Below, in pieces: positions 26,591-38,638 of a stretch of 64,000 nt of DNA. This stretch comes from Octopus sinensis (taxonomy: Eukaryota). The position numbers were made by a program, and so were the translations under genes. Location of the stretch: contig NC_043013.1 in NCBI RefSeq assembly GCF_006345805.1, forward strand, positions 25,048,001 through 25,112,000, read 5' to 3'. The notes beneath the pieces are model-generated. The model did no database searches, was not told the DNA's origin, and worked only from the letters and a program-made list of their open reading frames with translations. Numbering within the stretch: the stretch's first letter is position 1; each line of letters begins with the position of its first letter.

Positions 26591-27440
26591 ACACACACAC
26601 ACACAGTGAAACAGACAAATTGAATTTTAAAAATTGCACAGACGGTAACAATTTGAAAAATCGCATACAAGTGGTGGAGGAGGGTGGTGGTGGGTGCAGT
26701 GGCAGCGGTGTACGATGTGTGTTTGGCTTTGGCTGGTGTTGCATGTACGAATTGCATGTTTTGTCCCTGGTATATGATGATGATGATGGGTCAGTTGTAG
26801 TATTCAGAGAAAATGAAGAACGTGGAGAGCTGGACAGTGAAGGGCTTTTCATTGTGGAGTTTAATAGGTCATCAATTGTGCTAGTTTTGAAGAGTAGCCG
26901 TACTGGTGGTCATACTTTTAGTTCAATAGTGCGTTTTTCTAGAGAATTCCCTTGAGAATTTTATGACCAGATTCATCAGTAAACATTCTGGACTCTTTTA
27001 CATTATGTATTTTTGTAGTTTGTTCTTGTTTTGAGAAGGAACCTAACTTGAAGCAACTTTTTGCAGATCAATTTTTAGACACTATTTTCTAAACCTGGCA
27101 AAGTATGTAGTGGGTGCAAATTTCGATTTTGCACCTGCTAAAAATTTTAGGAGATGCGCTTGCACCCCTTGCACCTCCTGCTCTCGGGCCCTTGGACGGA
27201 GTTGATTGTTTACAAAAGCCTCTGTCCTTCGAAGTTATCTCTTTACTTCTCATCAATCGTGTTGTGACCAGCATCCTAGAACCTTTGCATCAATCTCTGT
27301 GCTCAATCCCTTTTCCTTTTTCCTTCCAGATGATAGCTCTGTAGCCTAGTTGATATCCCCTACACCTCTCTCCCTGAAATATACTCCCTCTTCATGTCTT
27401 TCTTGAAAACGTTGACTTGCAACACTTTAAACAGAATATT

Positions 27441-28485
27441 CTTTTCTACTCTTGGCATAAGGTCCGGAATTTTGGGAGAAGGGGGTCAATCGATTAGATC
27501 GAACGCAGTACGCAACTAGTACTTAATTTATTGACCCCGAGAAGATGAAAGGCTAAGTCGACCTCGGCGGAATTTAGCCATGAACCCAGAATGTAAAGAC
27601 AGACGAAATACCTATTTCTTTACTACCCACAAGGGGCTAAACACAGAGAGGACAAACAAGGAGAAACGGATTAAGTCGAATATATCGACCCAGTTCGTAA
27701 CTGGTACTTATTTAATCGACCCTGAAAGGATGAAAAGCAAAGTCGACCTCGGCGAAATTTGAACTCAGAACGTAACGGCAGACGAAATACCGCTAAGCAT
27801 TTCGCCCGGCGTGCTAACGTGTCTGCCAGCTCGCCGCCCTGCGGCAGACGAAATACCTATTTCTTCACTACCCACAAGGGGCTAAACACAGAGAGGACAA
27901 ACAAGGACAAACGGATTAAGTCGAATATATCGACCCAGTTCGTAACTGGTACTTATTTAATCGACCCTGAAAGGATGAAAAGCAAAGTCGACCTCGGCGA
28001 AATTTGAACTCAGAACGTAACGGCAGACGAAATACCGCTAAGCATTTCGCCCGGCGTGCTAACGTGTCTGCCAGCTCGCCGCCCTGCGGCAGACGAAATA
28101 CCTATTTCTTCACTACCCACAAGGGGCTAAACACGGAGAGGACAAACAAGGGCAGACAAACGGATTAAGTCGATTATATCGACCCAGTGTTTCACTGGTA
28201 CTTAATTTATCGACCCCGAGAGGATGAAAGGCAAAGTCAACCTCGGCGGCGGCAGACGAAATACCTATTTCTTTACTACCCACATGGGACTAAACACAGA
28301 GAGGACAAACAAGGACAGACAAACGGATTAAGTCGATTATATCGACCCCAGTGCGTAACTGGTACTTATTTAATCGACCCTGAAAAGATGAAAGGCAAAG
28401 TCGACCTCGGCGGAATTTGATCTCAGAACGTAACGGCAGACGAAATACCGCTAAGCATTTCGCCCGGCATGCTAACGTGTCTGCC
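27441..28485 (-). repeat. Tandem array of Deu/Nin-like SINEs (one tail-A host plus four tail-B units; two units have a 245-bp period)
   Basis: The junction AGACGAAATAC|CTATTTC starts at 27601, 27846, 28091 and 28254. Confidence 0.9.
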
Positions 28486-29057
28486 TTTTTAAACGAAATA
28501 TTAAGGGCATCAAACTCACAGGTCTTCGAGGGCCTGCTAAAGGGTCCTGCCTGGTTAACCAATCTCAGTGAATAAAAAAAAATCAACAAACATGCTAAAT
28601 AAACAATTTAATAATTGTATTTGAAGATTGGCATTTCGTGAAAACTTTTATTTCGTGTCATCCATACCCTTCTACTCTTGCAGAAAGTAAAATTCACACC
28701 TGTTTGACTTTTTGCTTTAAAATGATTGAAATATCACTTCCGTCAAAATATATATCAATTTTTTTGTGTCTTTAATTAACCAACAACTGTCATTCAGTTA
28801 TTCAAATTTTTTTCATCTTTACATTACGACCAATTTGCTTTAAGATGAAAATAAGTAAATGGATGAATAAATGAATGACTAAATAAATACATAAAAAGAA
28901 TGAATGACTAAATAAATAAATAAAAAGAATGAATGACAGAAAGAACGAATGAAGTAGTTTCGGTGAAGAAATGTAAGTTAGTTTAAACGAATAAGCAAAA
29001 CCAGAATAATGGAATAGAAACTTATATATTCTGGAATGCTAGATTCTATAAACGAGT

Positions 29058-29080
29058 ATTTCCTGCTGAAAAGCGGAAGT
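29058..29080 (+). promoter_or_regulatory. Paired ETS-type motifs just upstream of the LAMTOR2 ATG
   Basis: ATTTCCTG (reverse CAGGAAAT) at 29058 and GCGGAAGT at 29073, in CpG-retaining sequence. ETS sites are common in housekeeping promoters; function not demonstrated. Confidence 0.35.
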
Positions 29081-29114
29081 TGACATTCTGTTTATGTTGC
29101 AGGCAGACGGCGCA

Positions 29115-29182
29115 ATGCTGAAACCTAAAGTTTTAACCGAAGTTCTCCGTCAAGTGAATACTTCTGGAGTTCAGAGTACTTT
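29115..29182 (+). CDS. LAMTOR2: LAMTOR2 coding exon 1 (MLKPKVLTEVLRQVNTSGVQST-L)
   Basis: ATG at 29115. Translation matches the LAMTOR2/p14 N-terminus as recalled (human MLRPKALTQVLSQANTGGVQSTL). 68 nt, ending at a GTAAGT donor (29183), phase 2. Confidence 0.96.
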
Positions 29183-31664
29183 GTAAGTATATTTTTGACT
29201 AATTAAATAGTTTCTTTTAAATTATTTATACAAGAAAACTGGTTTTAGTATTTCATGAACATTTTATGTCGAGTTGTCATCTCTCTTTCCCTACATCGTC
29301 ATTGCTGTCACTTTCTTATGCTAATGGATTCCTCCGTGTTATTTCCAATAATCCAGACACATTTCAACCACCTCTACCGTTTCAATAATTTATTTCCTTA
29401 TTTTTTTATTATTCGCAAAATGTTTGTGGGGGAGTCATATGCTGAAGATCTATTATTACCAGATATAGTAGCCCTTAAGTTTTTGGTTGCAAAACCTTAA
29501 GACACCTAGTACTAGTACATGCTTCAAGCGTTAGATTGTTAGGAGTGTTTCCTATATTTGTCCATTTCTTGCTAATTTAATTACCAAAAAAGAAAAGAAA
29601 AAAAAAAAAATCTTATTCAAGCATTTAAGCACGTGAATGTCTCGATGCTTTTTAAGTTTTTATTCGCTAATTTTTTTACAATTGATATTTTAGTCATGAA
29701 AAATATTTTTCATTCACGAAGCACATTTCCCTGTCTTGAAACTATGTCTAAGATTTCTCATAATTCCTCGTGTTTTGTAGCCAAAACAATTAGATTGATC
29801 AAATTTTAACAATTGCTAATTAAATTCCGTCTTTTATTTCAACTAGACCTTTTTTGTCAGTGTATATGGAGTTTGCTACGCAGGAAGATTTGTCGAATGT
29901 GTTCTAACTTTTTACTTTAACGTTTTCATTCCTGAAAGTCCATTCCAATCCCGTGATGATTTTGATCACTTGGCAGAGGTATAGTTTCAAAGAAAGCTAT
30001 ATAAATTGATCTTATTCTGTTTTCGCCCCGTGTTCCAGGTCATGTGGCGTTTCTGTTCGTTGCTATTTCTGGATTCGCTTGTTATCTTATATTTTAACTG
30101 CGAGTAACATACGAACGGAGCGATGACATAATCTAGTCTTCTAATTAGTGAATGGAAAAATATATATCACAAAAGCATTTCTTCGAAAAACACTTAGTAA
30201 TCAATAGTCGGAGTGCTAATAAGACCGGTAATTCCGTTGTTTGTCTATTTGGGTGTGTGCAGTCATTTGTTAGAATCACTTGAATAATTTCCGCAGTTAA
30301 AACAAAGCATGTACTTGAATTATAAATCTCTGTGAGTCTATGAAAAATTACTACTATTGAAACGATGAATGATCTGGGCAGATATATTTAAATGGATTTT
30401 ATTTTGAACTAAGAATCGAACAAAAGTAACGTTAAAGCGAACGACGGAGTTTCAACGTGGTAACTCAACCTGCTAGAAATAGCAGCTAAATTTCCGTCAA
30501 CTCGTGCTCTAACGTCATAACGGTGGAAAAAGCACGTTATATATTATCCTAAGATTCATTATTCCTGAAAATGAACCGGTGTGTTAGTGTCTCGAAAGAT
30601 TTTTAATAATTGGTTTGCTGAATCGGAACTAACCTCGGGCAACACGACTACTTGTAACTTCTTTATTATAGTCTCTTTTTTTCCCGTCACTTTCCATAAA
30701 AGAATTGAATCCAAATCTAACTCAACAAATTCATTTACTCTTTTTAAACTCCCAAAATCTAACGAATCCATTTCTTTTATGATTCTGGTTTTTAATAATG
30801 ATCGGATTTAGTGATTCACTTGTTAAGATTAATAACCAAGAAGGCTTTTAGTTAAAAGTCAACACCTCTCACTTAGAATATTCATGTTTCGGTAAAATAA
30901 TCCCATTGCAGTATAAATACAAATCAAATGGTGCCTGTTTAAAACTACATTGTTAGGCAAAATCTTCAGTGATTTGATAATACTAATAGCAATTTGTACA
31001 TTGTCACAAGGCTACAAATATGAGGCAGGGGCGGACTAAAGGGGCACGTACCCCACTCAAGAAAAGAAGGTCGCCTTACTAAATAATGTTGTTTTGCTCT
31101 TTTTTGCTGGAACTGTATTCCCTTCTGACCTTGTGCCTTCCCTTCGAAAAATTCCTGTGACTGCACCTGTGAGAGGATGGTGTAGGCAGTCACATTACTT
31201 GGCATTTCTATTTTATTAAACCCCAAAGAGATAAAATTCAAGTCTTGTAGAATTTATTTCATACAAAGAACAAAACTTAAGACTGAGGTAACCATGTATC
31301 TCCTCTACAGCAAGACCCCTGTTTCCATAGCCTTGTTATACCTCTTGTCACTTGGCACAAAGCCGTCCTCTTTCAATACCACTCCTCCTCTCAGTCGAGG
31401 GATCTTTGTCTTGCAAGATATATGATGACCTCACCAGTGTTGGTGCCATGTAAGAAGCACCCAGTCCACTCTGTAAAGTGGCATTAGGAAGGGCATCAAG
31501 TTGTAAAAACCATGCCAAAGCAGACATTGGAGCATAGTTTATCAGCTCCTGTGAAACCATTTGACCTATGCTAGTGTGGAAGACAGAGACATTAAATAAT
31601 GATGATGAGGAGGATGATGAAGATTTAGTCTGAAGTAATATTTTTGCTAACAGAACAATGACAT

Positions 31665-31892
31665 TTAACCCTTCAGCATTCAGATTATTTTGTCAAATGT
31701 AATGTTTAATTATTGACATTGTTTTGAATCAATCATGCATTATCTCATAACTCTGAGATTTCAATGATGTGATTGCCTATTTTTAGAATGGCATTGTAGG
31801 GTAGGCATGAAAGATCAGGTCTGGCTTGTTTGAACATAAAGCTAGTAGAATATTTGGGCCAGATTTGGCTGGTTTAAATGCTAACAGGTTAA
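31665..31892. mobile_element. piggyBac-type MITE
   Basis: TTAA-CCCTT...AGG-TTAA termini. Same family at 58083-58311 and 46689-47070 (SINE-interrupted). Related TTAA elements at about 35698-35917, 43017-43230 and 47776-47989. Confidence 0.8.
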
Positions 31893-32159
31893 ATGTTATT
31901 TTTTACTTTTTCTGTTATGATTTTGCTTTCTGTTTATGTCTTTTCAGTTTTGTTTACTTAAATGTGTCAGATTTCTAACATTGAACTTTGACTTGAAATT
32001 TTGTTGCTTTTCTTACATTAGAACTTGATTTTCATTTAATATACTACACTGCACAATGAGTGAACTTTGTGATGAATTACATCTTTATATGGACCAGGTC
32101 AATGAAGTTATAAAAAATGATAGTTGGTTATTAAAGAGAGAGAGAGAGAGAGAGACAGT

Positions 32160-32515
32160 AATTAGATTAGATGAGATACAGTTAGGTTTTTTGCCAAGAA
32201 AAAGTACTGTAGATGCTCTCTTCCCAATGAAAAAACTGCAGAAATACTTAGCTAAAAGTAAGTTACTGTACGTAGCATTCGTCCAACTGTGGTGAGCCTT
32301 CTTGTGAGTGCCATAATAGCCATGTTCAGAGATACTGTCAATAAGGTGAGAATTAATAGTGAATGATTGGTGTGTGCAGATAGTTTAACAGGGATCTGTT
32401 CTTGGTCCCCTCCTATAAATCATAGTCGTCCCAGCCATAATTAAAGAGTTTAAGATTGATTACCCATGAAAGCACCTTTATGCTGATGACCTTGTCATTA
32501 CAACTGAATCTGTTG
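32160..32515 (+). mobile_element. Degenerate RTE-clade RT fragment
   Basis: QLGFLPRKSTVDALF...YLAKSKLLYVAFV, QGSVLGPLL and LYADDLV motifs across frames. Confidence 0.75.
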
Positions 32516-32519
32516 AATA

Positions 32520-34285
32520 ATTATAATAATGAAATTATTGTGTAAAGTGCTCAGATGCACTACAACTTATCAAAGGTACATGTACAGTACATAGGATTAT
32601 GTACAAATGTCAGGAAAGTGAACAGTGTATGGGTCATGATATACATGTGTGCATGCGTATGGAGGGTGGGAATATCAGGTGTAATGTTAGCAAATTTCAG
32701 GAAGCATGGAGGTTTTAAAGAATGAAATGTCTCAGCAGCTAGCAACTGATGCAAGTAGTTTGTTCCATGCTTCAGTATCCCTGAATGTGAAAAAATATTT
32801 CCAAAAATCATGGGAGCATGCTGTTTTCTGACTTTGTAGTCATTCCCACTTGTGTTACGCTCATGGAGCTCAAAAAGGTGCTCAAGGTGGTTATTGGCAC
32901 AATGGTTAATAATTTAGTGGGCGCTTGCTAAGTCAGTTGCCAGACTATGCCCAGGGAAGCAAAGCGTTCAGAGTATGGTAAATGCCTGATGCACATCTCT
33001 GAACAGTTTCCAGGAGGTCAATGTTCTGAGCAAGGTAGGGGTTCCAGACTAGTGATGCAAGTTCCAAGTGTAGCCACACCATAGCCATATACAGCCTTAA
33101 ATAGATAGCTGGAGAGGGCTGACAAAGGTCTTGCTGAGTGATGCTAAGACACGCTTGGCCTTCTTGTTAATTTTAGAGATGTGCTTTGTCCAACGCAAAT
33201 TGCTGCTGACAGTAATGCCCAGGTCATGTTCACAAGAAGACTTCATGATATTAGTGTTGTGGAGAAGGCATGTGGACACTTGGATTTTCCTCCCAAAATG
33301 CATTGTGGTACACTTGTCCAAAGCCAGCTTTAGTTGCCTATCCATAATCCATTGTTGCATTGTGTCTAGATCTGATTGCAGGAAAGACCTATAGTGTTCA
33401 GGATCTGTCCTTTTTATCTCAAGGTATAGCTTGATGTCATCTGCATATTTCTGCACTGTGACATTCTTTAAGTTGGCATCTATGTCATTAATGTATGCAA
33501 CAAACAAAAGGGGACCAAAAACAGATCCTTGTGGTACACCAGATGACATCTCATAGGGTGAAGAATGCTGTCCTAGAACCACGACTACCTCTTTTCGGCT
33601 GAGAATGAAGGACTCCAGCTAGTTAAAAAGATCATCTTTCACATCCATTGCAGAGTTTTGCCATAAGTCTTTTGTGTGGCACAGAATTAAAAGCTTTAGC
33701 AAAGTCAAGGTAAACAACATCAACCCATGAGCAGCCATCAGTGACCTGGTGGTGTCTTCAAGAAACTTGATAAGTTGACCACAGCAGCTGGACTTAGAGA
33801 TAAATCCAAATTGCAAGGGCCGGATAAGGCTGTGAGAATTCTAGAAGTTCCAGAGCATTTCTCTGACACAAGATTCCATCAGTTTGGCAATGCAGCTAGT
33901 AGGACTGACTGGACCATAGTTGACAGGCGATATGCAGTCATCATTTTTGAACAGAGGAATGAGACTGGCATTTTTCCACTGCTCCAGAGTAGCACCATTG
34001 TTAAGACAGAATTCAAAGAAGAGTGAAAGCTGGTGTAGAAGAAAGTACCTACTACGTTTGAGAAGCAGGTACATAACACCATCAAGACCAGGAGAGGCAA
34101 AATTTGCTCTTATTCTTAAGGTGATGTCGCAGCTTTGCAGGTGTAAATTCTTTAGTTGTTATAGAATTTGTTGTCAGAGGTGGTGGAGATGGTACATTTT
34201 GGTTTTCAACAGTAAAAATGTCTGCATAGCATTCAGCAGTGAGTTCTGCGCATACTTTGGGGTCATCAGTAAGTTAGAAAACTGA
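32520..34285 (-). mobile_element. CR1/Jockey-group LINE, RT to 3' end, in LAMTOR2 intron 1
   Basis: SGVPQGSVFGPLLFVAYINDI, KYADDIKL, DLGITVSSNLRW. Alignable by eye to the 24.5-25.2 kb copy. (ATT)n-like 3' tail near 32520. Confidence 0.9.
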
Positions 34286-34800
34286 CAGATCTCTTCTTCT
34301 ATCAGGGAAACAGCCTGACTCACCATGTAGAAAAGGAATAGGTAGAAATTTCATATGATGTGCCCAGGGGAAACTATGGAGATTTCCATAGTATGATAGG
34401 AAGCTGACATAGAAAGTTATATCTGTAACTAACAGATAGTCGTGAGTTATAAGCACTATGTACAGGAAAGAGATTTTCTCAAATGCCTAGGAGGATCCTT
34501 AGAGATAGCAGATAGCTTCTGCTACCGAAGTGACCTAACTAGCAATGGCGGAGAATGTGACCTTCAGTAGTTTGGTTCTCTATACTTCTCTCTAAGGCAT
34601 CTCCTTTGCCTTTGTAGTAGTGTACAATGCTGTGGCAATTCTAGAAGTATTAGAAGAGTAAAAGAGCTCAGAGACAACACAGTTTGAAGGATAATGCAGC
34701 ATGCATACAGATCAAAGTAAAAGGCCCTTTACAAATATTGTAACTGTGATGTTTAAAATGTTATTGATTTCTGCAATTTAATTCTTTTTCTCTCTTTAAG

Positions 34801-34963
34801 ACTTCTGAATCAAGAAGGGGCTTTATTAGCCTACGCTGGCTATGCTAACAAAGATCCCCAAGTTACGGCAACAATTGCTAGCAATATTTGGGGTGCATAT
34901 GTGAAAAGCGGAGATATGGCCTTAGATGGTGACAAATTGAAGTATGTTTTGTTACACAATGAG
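34801..34963 (+). CDS. LAMTOR2: LAMTOR2 coding exon 2 (LLNQEGALLAYAGYANKDPQVTATIASNIWGAYVKSGDMALDGDKLKYVLLHNE)
   Basis: Polypyrimidine tract with TTTAAG acceptor ending at 34800; GTAAGA donor at 34964. 163 nt, phase-compatible with exon 1. Contains Roadblock-domain motifs LLNxEGxLLAY and IASNIW. Confidence 0.97.
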
Positions 34964-36159
34964 GTAAGAAAGCTTTTTTTTTTTTTTTTTTTAAGAGAGT
35001 AAGACTTATTCTTTGAATATCAGTTCTATACATAGGCTTTGTAATTTTAAATTTATTAAATTTTGAATTCCTATCAATACTTGCTTGTAAAATTCTTTAA
35101 ATTTATCATTTAACGTCCATTTTCCATGCTGGCATGGGTTGGATGGTTTGAAAGAAGCTGGAGGGCTGCACCAGACTCCAATTGTCTGTTTTGGCATGGT
35201 TTCTATGGCTGGATGCCCTTCCTAATGCCAGCATAAGTGCACAAGTTGGATACAAGTTCTGTATATATCGAACAATTTCTTCTGTCCTATTACATCTTGG
35301 ACAGGATACATTCCATACTACTGTACCTTCATAGCTTGTCATATCCTGGCAATGCCACTCATTAGGCACTTCTTCGGATGTTCAGAAGTTATTCATAATG
35401 TCCAATCTCACCAGAAGAATTTGTATGAAGTTTAACCGTTCTTATGTTGGACAGTTGCTGCACTGCATATGATAAATCATGTTGTCTAACAGTTCCATTA
35501 CCAACATTATTTCTGGTGTCTTATTTTAACGAGTATTTTGCAACCAAGTGGCAACTTGGTAAATGAGGCTGAAAGATTCTATGTTGGATCTTTCGCTTAA
35601 ATTTTATGAAATATGGATGAGTGACAAGTTTAGCATGGCTGATTAGCTCGACTCGAGTTTCATTTGAAGACTGACATCAAAGAGTGCGTTCTTGTTCTTA
35701 ACCCTTTCAATATCTACCAGGCTGAAACTACCCCCGGCTCTGTAGTACAAATGTCTTGTTTTCATAAGTTCTGAATTAAAATCTACTGCCAAACCCTAGT
35801 CATAATTTATGTTCCTAACGCCACCTTAATGATAAGTCATTTTATTAAATTTTTATTTAGAATTAATTGAAAGAAACACAGAGCATCTCAACAAAAATAT
35901 GATAACAAAAGGATTAAAGTGGCTAATGACGCTAATTGTACATGTGTACGTACATACATACACACACACACACACGCAATGATATATATAGTAATAATAA
36001 TATAATCCATGGATGGAATTTATAAATATTTTAATGCATCGCTATGCGCATTTCCACAAATTACATGATTTTTATGATCATAGTCCATAGCCAGCATAAT
36101 AAAACAGGAGCTTTTATATGCATATAGAAAAACGTTTTCCATAAACAAACTTAAAGGAG

Positions 36160-36213
<54 letters not shown>

Positions 36214-36566
36214 ATAGGTATCATTCTATGACCAGACTATCAAATGTCATACACTGCCAGTCACAATGTACTTCCTTGCATTGTAGCTTTCCAATGATGT
36301 CACCCTGCTGGCTAGGTGAGCAGACCAACATGTGTGTGTGTGTGGTCGTTGCCAGAAAAACCTGACTGGCCCTCATACTGGTGGCACGTAAAAACAGCCA
36401 CTACACTCTCGGAATGGTTGGCGTTAGGAAGGGCATCCAGCTGTAGAAACTTTGCCAGATCAGATTAGAGCCTAGTGCAGCCTTCTGGCTTGCCAGTCCT
36501 CAGTCAAACCATCCAAACCATACCAGCATGGAAAACGGACATTAAACAACGATGATGATATATATA

Positions 36567-36630
<64 letters not shown>

Positions 36631-36960
36631 ATGCACCTTACTTCATTGGGGTCACCGTTACCTTTATTATTATTATTATTATTATTATCTCCCTTCCATT
36701 CAACCTCTTTTTTCCAGTTATCTCACCATGTTGGACCATTGAACTCTGCACATATTTTTTCTCTCTCCATCCTTTTCATTCTCTTTCTATTTCCTTCCTC
36801 TTAATTCTTTCCGTCGAAGATTGTAGGCTCGAAACATAAAAGACTTTTCCATTTTTCCCCAGCGTTAAACTAATAAACCTGCTTGTTCCTACACCTGGCT
36901 TCGTCTTTTTTTTTTTTTTTTACATATACATACATACCTATATATATATGTAGAGAGAGA

Positions 36961-37497
36961 GAGGTATCCCACAGAAACTCAACAAATTGTTAAAGATGGA
37001 GAAGAAATGTTAAAATCTGAAAAGTATTTTAATACATGCATATGATCGTTTTGCACAGCGATATTAAACATGTAAATAACATGGTAGAATAATTAAAATT
37101 AATTTAATTAAATTCAATTAATTACATGTCACTGTTCTTCTCAGTGCAAGAAGAATACATAAAAAATTATTATTATTATTATTATTACAGAAGACTAGAT
37201 GGAGGAAATAGCAAATAACATATTCAAATATAAATATTTTGTCCTTATGAAAAATTATTTCTATTTCCTCCATCCGGTCTTCTGTAATAATTTTTGATGT
37301 ATTCTTCTTGCACTTAGGAGAACAGTGATATGTAATTAATTGAATTTAATTAAATTAATTTTAATTTTTCTACTATGTTATTTACATGTTAATATCACTG
37401 TTCAAAACGATCATATGCATGTATTAAAATCGTTTTAAAATTTTAACATCTTTTCTTCTCCATCTTTTAACAATTTGTTGAGTTTCTATGGGATATC
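36961..37497. repeat. Long fold-back (arms about 255 bp) with hammerhead-like motifs, Penelope-type terminus
   Basis: 36961-37215 is the reverse complement of 37255-37497, e.g. ACAGAAACTCAACAAATTGTTAAA / TTTAACAATTTGTTGAGTTTCTAT. Confidence 0.85.
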
Positions 37498-37576
37498 TTT
37501 CCATAAATTCTCATAATATACTATATACATGTAATAATTTTATATTCGTGAAAATCTTATGCCAGTAAGCTACCAA

Positions 37577-37834
37577 TATTGGGTTGGTGCATAATTATTA
37601 CGGCTTTTTTTCCACCAAATTTTATTCGACATAATCAATAACAATATTTAACAAAAACATCTTTAAATGACAGTCTGACTGTCTACGAAGCAAATGGTAA
37701 ATAGTAATTGAAGTAGATGGTGAATATGCTCCGGAATAATCATTTAAAGATGTTTTTGTTACATGTTATAGTTTTTTTTTTTTTAATAAAATTTGTTGAA
37801 AAAGAAGCTGCAATAATTATTCACCAACCCAATA
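37577..37834. mobile_element. Mariner-type MITE
   Basis: TA-TTGGGTTGGTGCATAATTATT ... AATAATTATTCACCAACCCAA-TA terminal inverted repeats. Confidence 0.85.
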
Positions 37835-38138
37835 TGAAGAAACTTTGTTTGGGGGGTTCCAAAGGGTGAATTCTAACAAAGTTTCTTCATATTGGGTTGG
37901 TGAATAATTATTGCAGCTTCTTTTCAACCTTTCCACACACACATAGATAAAATTTTATGCTTGTGCCATAGCGCTACATTTTGTGTTTCTGAGATTTGTC
38001 TCAATTGTAAAGTTCCTCCTTTGGTGCACTTGTAGCAACTAAAGAAACCATATTTATGTTTTTCGACCTCGGATATTTTATTTGCCACAAATGTTGTATG
38101 TTGTAAGTCTTTTCATTGGCATTTCTTTATTTTTGTAG

Positions 38139-38228
38139 GAAGGTAAAGTTGCAATTACCTGCGTAGGAAACTTACTTCTTTGTATTTATGCAAAAGAAAC
38201 TGTAGATTTTGGAATGTTAAAAGCAAAG
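38139..38228 (+). CDS. LAMTOR2: LAMTOR2 coding exon 3 ([30 protein letters not shown])
   Basis: TTTTGTAG acceptor and GTAAGA donor, 90 nt, phase 0/0. Near-identical to recalled human [30 protein letters not shown]. Confidence 0.97.
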
Positions 38229-38638
38229 GTAAGATAATTTTTATTTCCTGTTATTCCATTCTTAACTGAGACAGTTAAAAATTATTGTTCTTTCTTTAGA
38301 AATTGGATTTCTTTTATTCTTTATATTCGCTTTTTCACTCACTCATGTGCACTCTTCTCTCTCTCAGACATGTAAGGTTTACTTTCTTTATAGAATTAAA
38401 CACACACACACACCTTTGCTTTCACTCACTCATTGTTTAATCCAGAATTTATCATTGAATTTGCCAGATTTTGTTTGCATTTTCTCACCCTGATGCCCTT
38501 CCTATCTCATCATATTGTTTATAAGTTTCAGTAGTTCTCGTCTTGGGGTCACATGACCTTTGAGGGTCCATAAGAGATTTTGTCATTAAAATTCATCGTC
38601 GTCCTGTTCTATATTTAAGAGATGAGGAATTATGTACG

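Noticed and set aside
27598-28260. Regularly spaced repeats resembling a CRISPR array
   Set aside because: The units are whole SINE copies with no unique spacers, no cas genes are present, and the context is eukaryotic.
35240-35690. Possible degenerate mariner transposase on the minus strand
   Set aside because: Only faint similarity across several frames; not supportable by eye.
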